This document shows positions 15,949-24,715 of a DNA stretch of 64,000 nucleotides, piece by piece. Made by a program: the position numbers and the translations under genes. Each line of letters begins with the position of its first letter. Within the stretch, counting starts at the first letter, position 1. Below the pieces are notes generated by a model. The model saw only the letters and a program-made list of their open reading frames with translations, was not told where the DNA came from and ran no database searches. Origin of the DNA: an uncultured bacterium (GTDB lineage: Bacteria > Chlamydiota > Chlamydiia > Chlamydiales > JAJFMA01); NCBI GenBank assembly GCA_964436955.1, contig CAYTFC010000002.1, forward strand, positions 583-64,582, read 5' to 3'.

Positions 15949-18720
15949 ATGGATGTTAGCGCACATACACGCACTTCAACAGTCTATGTTTTTCCGTTTG
16001 GGGCGGGCTTTCGGCTTCCACCGCAGGATAGGCTTCTGCTTGGAGGAAAGGGCCAACATCTGGCAGAGATGGCAAGCATAGGTTTGCCTGTCCCTCCTGG
16101 ATTTATCATCACAACTTTTGCATGCGTACAGTTCCTGCACAATCAAAAGCGACTGCCTGAGGGATTAGAACACCAAATTGAAGCAGCTGTTCAGATACTA
16201 GAGAGTCAAATGAGCGCTAAGTTAGGCGATGAGCGTAATCCCTTATTGGTATCTGTGCGTTCAGGAGCTGCTATTTCTATGCCAGGGATGATGGATACTA
16301 TCCTTGACTTGGGTTTGAATGATCGTACTGTGGTCGGGTTTGCAGAGCGCATGAAAAACGAACGCTTGGCGTATGACTGCTATCGACGCTTTATTGCTCT
16401 CTATGGGTCCATTGTGCATGGCTTAGATCGCGAAATTTTCTCTATAGTTTTGGATGAAGTTAAAACTAGGTATCAAAGCCAGCAAGACATCGATCTGAAT
16501 GTAGAAGCCCTCAAAGATCTATGCAGTAAGTTTAAGGGTCTGTATGAACAGCATTTGGGTAAACCATTTCCGCAAGATACTCATTTACAACTCTTGGAGG
16601 CCATTGGTGCGGTGTTTTCCAGCTGGGAAAGCAAAAGAGCAGAGCTCTATCGAAAGGTTAACCACATTGCCAATGATCTTGGAACAGCTGTGATATTGCA
16701 ATCGATGGTATTTGGGAATCGAAATGAGCGTTCTGCTACCGGCGTAGGTTTCACGAGGGATCCTTCCACTGGCGAAAATATATTTTACGGGGAGTTTCTA
16801 TTAAATGCTCAAGGAGAAGACGTGGTAGCGGGTATTCGCACACCTCAACCCATTAATTGCTATCAAAAGAAAATGACTGGATCGAATCTAGAAAGCCTCG
16901 AGGAAGCTATGCCAGAGGTTTATGCTCAGCTAAAGACTGCTGTAGGAACGCTAGAACGATATTATTGTGACATGCAGGACATTGAGTTTACTATTGATGA
17001 TGGACGTCTTTTCATGCTCCAAACTCGCAGTGGTAAGCGTAGCGGCTTTGCGGCGGTACGGATGGCGGTGGATATGCTGAACGAGGGCCTTATTGATGAG
17101 GTGACAGCTTTAAGACGTGTCGATCCCGAACAAATCGAGCAGCTTTTGGTTCCGGTCTTTCATGCAAGGGATAAAGAGGTTGCTCAAAAGAAAATGGTGG
17201 CAAAGGGTCTTAATGCCGGTCCAGGAGCGGCTTCTGGCGTTTGTGCGCTTACATCTATTCGCGCGATGGCCTATCAGCAGCAGGGAATCCCCTGTATTTT
17301 GGTACGCACGGAAACCAACCCCGACGATTTCCCAGGAATGGTGATAGCGGAGGGTATTTTAACAGCTCGTGGGGGTAGTTCGAGCCACGCCGCGGTGGTT
17401 GCTAGAGGAATGGGCAAGCCATGCGTCTGCGGATGTAGTGCACTTGATATTGACCTGAATAAAGGCTCAGTTTCTGCCTCTGGGCAGACGATCAAGGAAG
17501 GTGATGCCATATCAATTGATGGTAGCACTGGAGAGGTTTTCTTCTGTCGGCTAAACAGCAGCCCTTCAGAAATTGTGCAGGTCTTGCTTACAAAAGATCT
17601 TCAGCCTGATGAAAGCCGGGTTTACCAGTATTACCACAAAATCATGGCTTTAGCTGACAAGTATCGTAAGTTGGAAGTGCGTGCGAATGCAGATTCGTGT
17701 CATGAAAGTGTGGTTGCGCGAGCGTTTGGTGGAGAGGGTATTGGGTTGTGCCGTACGGAACATATGTTTCTTGAAGACAAGCGACTTTTAGACGTGCGCA
17801 AAATGCTTTTTAGTACGAGTGTACATGAACGCGAAGAAGCGATTCGTCAGTTGTTGCCTGACCAAAAGGAAGATTTCAAATACTTGTTTAGGGGGATGCA
17901 TGGACTACCGGTGACGATACGTTTGCTTGACCCACCGCTGCACGAATTTCTGCCGCAAGAGGACGCGGGGTTAACTGTACTAGCACAACGTTTGAATGTT
18001 GATAGGCAGCGTCTCGTGGAGATTGCACGCTCGTTGGATGAACATAATCCTATGCTAGGATTTCGTGGCTGCCGTTTAGGCATATTGAACCCAGGATTAA
18101 CTCGCATTCAGGCGCAGGCTATTTTTGAAGCGGCCGTAGAAGTGACCTTGGAAGGTTGTTTGGTCTATCTTGAAATTATGGTGCCTCTAGTGTGTACAGA
18201 GGAGGAATTTCTACATCAAAAAGCGCTAATTGATGTGACTGCGGAAGAAGTTTTTGGAGAGCGCGGTTTGTGTATCACTTATCATGTAGGAGCGATGATT
18301 GAGTTACCGCGTGCTTGTTTAATGGCTGGTAAGTTGGCTAATAGTGCGCAATTTTTTAGTTTTGGGACTAATGATCTTACCCAAACCACATTTGGAATGA
18401 GTCGCGACGATGCCAATCGATTTTTGCCTATGTATATTGACGGAGTTACAAAGCCTGGTCATCAGGATGAGAAGAGTCATCTTTTAATTGAAGATCCCTT
18501 TCAATCGATAGACCAGGAAGGTGTGGGTGAGCTGATGCGCATGGCAGTTGAGCGCGGTCGTAAGACGCGTCCGCAGCTAAAGTGTGGTATTTGTGGAGAG
18601 CACGGAGGGGATCCACGTTCGGTTGTTTTCTGCCATCAGATTGGATTGGATTATGTTTCGTGCAGCCCCTACCGTATACCTGTGGCACGGTTAGCGGCGG
18701 CTCGCGCCGCTATAGGATAA
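15949..18720 (+). CDS. ppdK: Pyruvate, phosphate dikinase
   Basis: ATP-grasp N-terminus, phosphohistidine motif GGSSSHAAVVARGMGKPCVCG, and a PEP-utilising C-terminus (FFSFGTNDLTQ). ATG 15949 with an AGAAGGGGG SD is preferred over the TTG at 15883. Confidence 0.95.
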   Translation: MDVSAHTRTSTVYVFPFGAGFRLPPQDRLLLGGKGQHLAEMASIGLPVPPGFIITTFACVQFLHNQKRLPEGLEHQIEAAVQILESQMSAKLGDERNPLLVSVRSGAAISMPGMMDTILDLGLNDRTVVGFAERMKNERLAYDCYRRFIALYGSIVHGLDREIFSIVLDEVKTRYQSQQDIDLNVEALKDLCSKFKGLYEQHLGKPFPQDTHLQLLEAIGAVFSSWESKRAELYRKVNHIANDLGTAVILQSMVFGNRNERSATGVGFTRDPSTGENIFYGEFLLNAQGEDVVAGIRTPQPINCYQKKMTGSNLESLEEAMPEVYAQLKTAVGTLERYYCDMQDIEFTIDDGRLFMLQTRSGKRSGFAAVRMAVDMLNEGLIDEVTALRRVDPEQIEQLLVPVFHARDKEVAQKKMVAKGLNAGPGAASGVCALTSIRAMAYQQQGIPCILVRTETNPDDFPGMVIAEGILTARGGSSSHAAVVARGMGKPCVCGCSALDIDLNKGSVSASGQTIKEGDAISIDGSTGEVFFCRLNSSPSEIVQVLLTKDLQPDESRVYQYYHKIMALADKYRKLEVRANADSCHESVVARAFGGEGIGLCRTEHMFLEDKRLLDVRKMLFSTSVHEREEAIRQLLPDQKEDFKYLFRGMHGLPVTIRLLDPPLHEFLPQEDAGLTVLAQRLNVDRQRLVEIARSLDEHNPMLGFRGCRLGILNPGLTRIQAQAIFEAAVEVTLEGCLVYLEIMVPLVCTEEEFLHQKALIDVTAEEVFGERGLCITYHVGAMIELPRACLMAGKLANSAQFFSFGTNDLTQTTFGMSRDDANRFLPMYIDGVTKPGHQDEKSHLLIEDPFQSIDQEGVGELMRMAVERGRKTRPQLKCGICGEHGGDPRSVVFCHQIGLDYVSCSPYRIPVARLAAARAAIG

Positions 18721-18732
18721 CCAAGGAAAATA

Positions 18733-20529
18733 TTAGAGCTGCCACTTCGGCGAAGTGGCCTCTTGTTCGATGGCTAGGCGCAGCTCATGCAGTTGTGCAT
18801 CGGCTACGACTGTTGGACTATCCATCATCAAATCCGCAGCTTTCTGCGTTTTAGGGAACGCTACAACGTCACGAATGTTCTCTGTATTGGCAAGAATCAT
18901 GTTCAGACGGTCAAGTCCCAAGGCTATGCCGAGGTGCGGAGGTGTGCCAAAGCTAAGTGCTCGTACGAAAAAGCCGAACTTGCTCTCAATTTGTGCTGGA
19001 GTAAGCCGTAGCGCTTCGAAAATTTTCTGCTGAAGTTCACTATCATGAATTCTCTGTGAGCCTGAAGCAATCTCGTAACCATTGAGAACCATATCATAGC
19101 TGAGAGAGCGTACTTTAAGAGGTTCCGTTTCCACTAAATGAAAGTCATCAAAGTTTGGTGAGGTAAAGGGATGGTGCTCCGATACGATGCGGCCTTCCTC
19201 AGCATCCCAAGCGAATAAGGGGAATTCGGTCACCCACAGGAATTCATATTTTCCTGTTGGAATGAGATTGCGGTCTCTTGCAATTTTGCGGCGAAGATGG
19301 TCCAACGATTGGTTGGTGCGTTCCTTTGTATCGGCAATAACAAAGATCAAATCCCCAGGTTCCACATTCATACGTGAAGTGATTTCTTTGAGCTGCTCTT
19401 CATTAAAGAATTTAGCGATTCCGCCTGACAACTGACCTTCGCTATGTTTCATGAAGGATAGACCTTTCACGCCTAGGTGTCCCACAAATGTTGTATACTC
19501 ATCGATTTGCTTGCGGGAGATATCGGATCCGCCTTTCACGCAGAAACCTTTGACGCTGTTACCGACTTTTACCTGCTCTTGGAAGATGCCAAAGGTGGAT
19601 TGAGCTGCGAGATCATCAAGTCGTACCAACTCCATTCCGAAACGTAGGTCTGGTTTGTCTGTACCAAAGCGCTCAATACATTCATGGTAAGGGACTCGGC
19701 GGAATGGGGTAGGAATATCGACGCCGATAGTTTCTTTAAAAATGTGCTTGCACATTCCTTCAACGATGGTAAACAGATCCTCAGTTGTGCCAAAGCTCAT
19801 TTCGATATCGATCTGATGGAACTCGGGCTGACGCTCTGCACGTAGGTCTTCATCGCGGAAGCAAGGTGCGATCTGGAAATAGCGGTCCATACCACCCACC
19901 ATTAAGAGCTGCTTAAATAGCTGTGGGGATTGTGGCAACGCATAGAAGCTGCCAGGATAGACGCGTGAGGGCACCAAATAGTCGCGAGCGCCTTCTGGAG
20001 TGGATTTACCTAAGATGGGTGTCGAAATTTCGAGAAAGCCATGCTTGTCGAGGTAGTTTCGAGTGGCAATCATTGCTTTATGACGTACCACAAGCTTCTT
20101 CGCTATGTCGCCACGACGCAGGTCCAGATAGCGGTAACGCAGGCGCAGCTCGTCATTAACTTCAATATTATCATCGCAAATGGAGAAGGGAGGCGTTTTA
20201 GCTCTAGACAGAACATCTAATTGAAAGACTTCTACTTCAATTTCGCCTGTGGGTAAATTGGTGTTAGACATGCCTGTATGTCTAGGGATGACTTTTCCTT
20301 CAACAGTGATCACCCATTCGGAGCGTAGTGTAGCCGCAACGGCATGCACGTCAGGATTTTTGACGGGGTCGAATACAAGCTGTGTAATTCCAAACCGATC
20401 GCGTAGATCAATGAAAATGAGGCCGCCATGATCTCGAAAGCGATTGACCCAACCTGATAGTCTGACGGTATTGCCAACGTTGGTATTTCGGAGGGATCCA
20501 CAATCGTGAGTGCGTCTAAATTCTACCAT
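18733..20529 (-). CDS. aspS: Aspartyl-tRNA synthetase
   Basis: OB-fold N-terminus and class II motifs (FRDEDLRAERQPEFHQIDIEMSF; GLDRL). Confidence 0.97.
   Translation of the reverse strand: MVEFRRTHDCGSLRNTNVGNTVRLSGWVNRFRDHGGLIFIDLRDRFGITQLVFDPVKNPDVHAVAATLRSEWVITVEGKVIPRHTGMSNTNLPTGEIEVEVFQLDVLSRAKTPPFSICDDNIEVNDELRLRYRYLDLRRGDIAKKLVVRHKAMIATRNYLDKHGFLEISTPILGKSTPEGARDYLVPSRVYPGSFYALPQSPQLFKQLLMVGGMDRYFQIAPCFRDEDLRAERQPEFHQIDIEMSFGTTEDLFTIVEGMCKHIFKETIGVDIPTPFRRVPYHECIERFGTDKPDLRFGMELVRLDDLAAQSTFGIFQEQVKVGNSVKGFCVKGGSDISRKQIDEYTTFVGHLGVKGLSFMKHSEGQLSGGIAKFFNEEQLKEITSRMNVEPGDLIFVIADTKERTNQSLDHLRRKIARDRNLIPTGKYEFLWVTEFPLFAWDAEEGRIVSEHHPFTSPNFDDFHLVETEPLKVRSLSYDMVLNGYEIASGSQRIHDSELQQKIFEALRLTPAQIESKFGFFVRALSFGTPPHLGIALGLDRLNMILANTENIRDVVAFPKTQKAADLMMDSPTVVADAQLHELRLAIEQEATSPKWQL
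18741..18759. terminator. Palindrome in the last codons of aspS, 21 nt past the ppdK stop
   Basis: gccacttcg-g-cgaagtggc. ppdK and aspS converge with only a 12-nt gap. Confidence 0.35.
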
Positions 20530-20567
20530 GATAGTCTCAGCTTAAGTGCGTTAGGAAAACTATGATA

Positions 20568-20596
20568 ATTGTAAATCAGGTTAGAGTATAGGTAAA
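20568..20596 (-). promoter_or_regulatory. Candidate sigma-70-type promoter of aspS (TTTACC-N17-TACAAT on the minus strand)
   Basis: Same architecture and a 16/17-identical upstream block (tataggtaaagtcaaaa, 20587-20603) as upstream of hisS. Confidence 0.35.
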
Positions 20597-20612
20597 GTCA
20601 AAATGAAGTGCG

Positions 20613-21899
20613 CTAGCACCCATATTTTTCTAAGAGACGCGCGGTTAGTTCGGCAATCGGAACCAATTCCTTGTTTCCGGTGGACATTTCTTTGAGTTCT
20701 ACCTCTCCCGTAGCCAACTCGTTATCACCGATAACAACAACATATTTGGCTTGAATGTCACTTGCGTAGGACATGACCTTACCGACTTTTTTGCCGGTAA
20801 AATCCATTTGAGCGGAAATGAGGTCGCGGCGCAGTTTTCCTAGCAATTCAAAGCAGGGGGCGCGGGCAGATTCGCCTAAAGGAATAATGAAAAGTTGAGG
20901 CCCGGCGAGTTTAGGCAAAGGAACTTCTTGGCGTAACATCGTTTGGATAACGCGTTCAATGCCGGTACCAAAGCCGACGCTGGGAAGATCGGGACCGCCC
21001 ATTGTCTTGATTAGGCCGTCGTATCGACCGCCGCCGCCAATGCTATTTTGAGCGCCGAGATCCTGCGATACCACTTCAAAAACTGTTTGGTTATAGTAGT
21101 CTAAGCCGCGTACAAGTGAGCTATTGACTTCGTAAGGAATATTAACCTTTTCTAAACAGTGTTTGACGTCGGCGAAATACTGCTGACTTTCTGTGCTAAG
21201 ATAATCCAAAATTGAAGGCGCATTAAGACACAGTTCTTGGTCTTTGGGGTCTTTAGAATCCAAAATGCGCAGAGGGTTGGCTTCAAAGCGGTTTTTGCTG
21301 TCTTCAGACAGTTCTGTCAAATGCGGTCGGAGAAAGTCACGCAAGGCAGTGCGGTAGTTATCGCGCGACGCGTTGTCCCCGATGGAGTTGAGGTATACCT
21401 TCAGATTGCTTAGGCCTAGACGTGAGTAGACTGTATAGAGAAGGTCTATGAGCTCGGCATCTTGCTCTGGTGCGGCCACGCCGATGGCTTCTGCACCGAA
21501 CTGATGGTGTTGGCGGTAGCGCCCTGCTTGAGGACGGTCGTAGCGGAACATTGGGCAAATATAGAAAAGCTTATGAATGGGTGCGGTGGTGTGCATTTGG
21601 CTATTGAGGAAAGCTCTAATCACCGGAGCAGTTCCTTCGGGACGTAGTGACAGAGAGCGGCCTCCGCGGTCATCGAATGTATACATTTCCTTGGAAACGA
21701 TGTCGGATGTTTCACCAACACTGCGCTGGAAGAGTTCGGTACGTTCGATGACGGGGGTACGAATTTCTTGATAGCCGTACTGACGCGCGGTGCCACGCAT
21801 GAATTCTTCAACGTATTGCCAGAGAAGCGAATCGCGCCAGGGCTCACGTTGTTCGTTGGGGATAATGTCAAAAACGCCCGGAGGCAATTGGTACTTCAT
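20613..21899 (-). CDS. hisS: Histidyl-tRNA synthetase
   Basis: Class II motifs (FRYDRPQAGRYRQHHQFGAE; GGGRYDGL). An in-frame ATG three codons upstream (21908) is also possible. Confidence 0.97.
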   Translation of the reverse strand: MKYQLPPGVFDIIPNEQREPWRDSLLWQYVEEFMRGTARQYGYQEIRTPVIERTELFQRSVGETSDIVSKEMYTFDDRGGRSLSLRPEGTAPVIRAFLNSQMHTTAPIHKLFYICPMFRYDRPQAGRYRQHHQFGAEAIGVAAPEQDAELIDLLYTVYSRLGLSNLKVYLNSIGDNASRDNYRTALRDFLRPHLTELSEDSKNRFEANPLRILDSKDPKDQELCLNAPSILDYLSTESQQYFADVKHCLEKVNIPYEVNSSLVRGLDYYNQTVFEVVSQDLGAQNSIGGGGRYDGLIKTMGGPDLPSVGFGTGIERVIQTMLRQEVPLPKLAGPQLFIIPLGESARAPCFELLGKLRRDLISAQMDFTGKKVGKVMSYASDIQAKYVVVIGDNELATGEVELKEMSTGNKELVPIAELTARLLEKYGC

Positions 21900-21911
21900 A
21901 TTACCATGAAA

Positions 21912-21940
21912 TTGTAGTTAAGTAGGGACTATAGGTAAAG
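21912..21940 (-). promoter_or_regulatory. Candidate promoter of hisS (TTTACC-N17-TACAAT on the minus strand)
   Basis: See the aspS promoter feature. The conserved block tataggtaaagccaaaa lies at 21931-21947. The -10 element sits only 12 nt from the annotated ATG. Confidence 0.35.
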
Positions 21941-22104
21941 CCAAAAGCTATCTTCTGATCCCCCATGCACCATTTCAATAGCGTCCTAAATCGTGCCCGC
22001 GCCCGTGCCCATACGCGTTAAGCTAATTCTGACAGAAGATTAGGGGGCTTATAGGTATGTTCTTTTTTGAAGTCTGTTGGGCTAACTTTTCCCAGTCTGG
22101 GGAC

Positions 22105-22163
22105 AAGCCTAACGACGCTGTGGTTATGGTGGCGGTGCCTGTCCTCAGGCACCGAATTTGAAG
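22105..22163. repeat. Intergenic hairpin repeat, copy B
   Basis: aagcctaacgacgctgtggttatggtggcggtgcctgtcctcaggcaccgaatttgaag. Contains a perfect ggtgcctg/caggcacc stem. Lies 3' of the FHA gene. Confidence 0.6.
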
Positions 22164-22254
22164 TCCAGTGGACAAACTTTTGTAAAATAATTTTTAGATT
22201 TCGCGGTCTGGCACTATTAGGATGTTATTGGGGTGGTTGATGAGCCTTGTCTAT

Positions 22255-24663
22255 TTAATCTTCTTCGGAGGATGAGTGGCGCTGTTCCAAGAGATTATCG
22301 AATTCAGCAAGATAGTAGTCCCGCTGCTCTGGGTCATCAACCCCAGCGGCCAACAAAATCTTCTGAAGGCGTGCACGGTTATGATGGTTAAAATACTGTA
22401 TGGTAAGGGGGCTAGAAGGCCCCAAAAGAAGATCATCTAATCGATGCAAGATTTGAATTTGTAGTTTGTTTCGCAATGTCGGCAAGCGACTATCGTTGAC
22501 GTAAGAGTCGTCTGCCAATTCTTTGTTAGCATCGGTCAATGCTTGCTCTAATTCTTGAAGATCTTGCGCTTGCTGCACTTCCTCAAGTCTTTCGGCAAAG
22601 TTATTGTTGTACTCAGCAACAATGGAGGGGTGTTCTTCTGCCACAACATTTTCGTCTTCGTTTGGCTGGGTGAACTCTTGCGGTAAGAAGTTATCCAAAT
22701 GCGCTGCTTGGACTTCCGCTACAAATTGCTCGTGAGACAGCTCTTCACTTTCGAGTACATAAATGCGGTAGGAGTCTACAATTGCTTGGCGAATATTTAC
22801 TTGCTGGCCAAGCTCGATATCTTCAAAATCCCGTATAATGCGGTCTATCTGAACGGCAAAGGTGGGATTATGCCTGGTAACATGCTCCTGCAACAGCTGG
22901 ATTAAATGATTTTTGTATGGAGCGAGTGCTTCACGGCGTCTCTGTGCAGCGGTTTGAAGGGCGTCTTGAAGGGCTCGATGTGTTCCAGCTATCGTTGAAG
23001 AGGCTGCGGGTGGTGATTGCTCGACTATGCTGACTAGTTCTTCTCCCAGTTCTGCTTGCACTGCAGGTGAAGGATCGTGTACTTGGTTTTGAGTTTGCAT
23101 AGGCTCATTTTCCAGCACCCGACTGTACAGAATGCGGCCGCTTGTTTCCAATTTAAGCTGGGCGACAATAGCAGCTTCTGGCGGGACCCAAGAACTGAGA
23201 GTGTTCAGTATGCGATGGCTTGTGGCGTCATCTTGAGTAGAGTAGAATACAAATTGAGGCATTTTAGTCAGCATGAGAGCGTTCTTTTGAAGTTCTAACT
23301 CCGTTTCTTCATTCGGCTGTACAGTTTGTTGAGCAATGCTCGCGGTCAAAGGTGTGCTAAATAGGTAATAGCGAGGGGCATTATACACGTGCGTTTCGGC
23401 GCCGGGTCGCAGTTTATTTAGACCTTTTGGGGGGATGTATTCACTATGACCGGTTTCGGTGGCCAGGGTTGTTAGGCGTATTGAATCGGTTTGACCTACA
23501 AGGTGCGATATTTCCAACGCATTGGCACCTTCCAAGGGCCTAGGATCTGCTAATAAGCGGTTAAGGGCTCGTAGATCGTTGGTTTTGTGTAGTTCCATCG
23601 TTCGGGAGTCTAGCAGGATAGTCTCTCTTGATATTAGCCACTGCAAGAGATTTGGCTCGGGTTGTGCTATCAACAAAAACTGAGAAAGGTCGCTGCTGGT
23701 GTATACACGCAACATATAGGGGCAGTTTTCAAATGTCCCTTGTTTATCCAACTGCACTAAGGAAGGGTAATCGGTGGGTAAGACTCTTGTAAGAATGTCT
23801 TTGAGAAAGTCAGGATCCCCCCAATTTTGATTGGGAGGCTTGATTTGATGCATTTGCGCATAGATGATGGCCATGGACATGTCCGCTAGGCCTTGCGCAG
23901 CAATAAATTCACGCTCGTCATTTTGTTCGTTAAACGTAAAATAGATTCCAGACCCCACAGCTGCTAAAATAGCTACTATCACAATCATGACTGCCAGAAA
24001 TGGGCGCCAGTAGCGTGCACGGCGGGACGATCCTTCGATGGGATCAATCTCATCTTCAAAGGCATCGCGTCGGGAGCGTCCGACCGGGCGATCGCGTAGT
24101 GAGCGGGGAGTCCAATGGCGCACTGTGCCTTGCCGAGCAATTGTTTCCCGGCCGACACGTGCTTGCATATCGGTTAAGGCATCTTGCAGAGGATGAGCTT
24201 TGAAACTAGGTTGGGATTGTGGAGGAAGTTCGGGTTCGGGATTCCTAGAGGCTTCCGGGAAATTTTCGATTTCGCGAATCAAGTCATCAATATTTAGATC
24301 ATCATCGGTGGGCTTCTGCATGACATGATCGAGGGTATCGGACAACCGATCCAATTTTGTCGCGCTAGACTGGCCTTCAATTATTATTTCAGTTCCACCC
24401 AAAGTGAGGCGATCACCGGGTGTTAGGCGTTTCTTTCCAAAGGGCCGTCCATTTAAGGTGACAAATGGGTCATTTGCGAGATTCTGAGCGAAGAAAAGGC
24501 CATCCTTTTCAAAGATTTTGACGTGTTCAGGACGCAATGCCGAACTATCCAAAGGAAGTCCTTCGATATCTGCAGAACCTGCTCCAAGAATGATACTTTC
24601 TTGGTCGAAAACCTTCACAGCTTGGTCGAGGCCAAAAGTAAGTTTGATCATTGATTGCGCCAC
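22255..24663 (-). CDS. FHA-domain membrane protein (802 aa)
   Basis: N-terminal FHA signature (ILGAGSADI...PEHVKIFEKDGLFFAQNLANDPFVTLNGRPFGKKRLTPGDRLTLGGTEI). One TM helix (FLAVMIVIVAILAAVGSGIYFTF). GTG start at 24663, or ATG at 24651. Confidence 0.8.
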   Translation of the reverse strand: MAQSMIKLTFGLDQAVKVFDQESIILGAGSADIEGLPLDSSALRPEHVKIFEKDGLFFAQNLANDPFVTLNGRPFGKKRLTPGDRLTLGGTEIIIEGQSSATKLDRLSDTLDHVMQKPTDDDLNIDDLIREIENFPEASRNPEPELPPQSQPSFKAHPLQDALTDMQARVGRETIARQGTVRHWTPRSLRDRPVGRSRRDAFEDEIDPIEGSSRRARYWRPFLAVMIVIVAILAAVGSGIYFTFNEQNDEREFIAAQGLADMSMAIIYAQMHQIKPPNQNWGDPDFLKDILTRVLPTDYPSLVQLDKQGTFENCPYMLRVYTSSDLSQFLLIAQPEPNLLQWLISRETILLDSRTMELHKTNDLRALNRLLADPRPLEGANALEISHLVGQTDSIRLTTLATETGHSEYIPPKGLNKLRPGAETHVYNAPRYYLFSTPLTASIAQQTVQPNEETELELQKNALMLTKMPQFVFYSTQDDATSHRILNTLSSWVPPEAAIVAQLKLETSGRILYSRVLENEPMQTQNQVHDPSPAVQAELGEELVSIVEQSPPAASSTIAGTHRALQDALQTAAQRRREALAPYKNHLIQLLQEHVTRHNPTFAVQIDRIIRDFEDIELGQQVNIRQAIVDSYRIYVLESEELSHEQFVAEVQAAHLDNFLPQEFTQPNEDENVVAEEHPSIVAEYNNNFAERLEEVQQAQDLQELEQALTDANKELADDSYVNDSRLPTLRNKLQIQILHRLDDLLLGPSSPLTIQYFNHHNRARLQKILLAAGVDDPEQRDYYLAEFDNLLEQRHSSSEED

Positions 24664-24715
24664 AATATAGCTCTTGACTTTCGTTTTTTAAGCGATTAGT
24701 ATACCACGCCAGCCT

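Noticed and set aside
18738-18750. 13-nt match between the aspS 3' end and 59778-59790 (gctgccacttcgg / ccgaagtggcagc)
   Set aside because: Dozens of 13-mer matches are expected by chance in a 64-kb window on both strands, and there is no flanking similarity.
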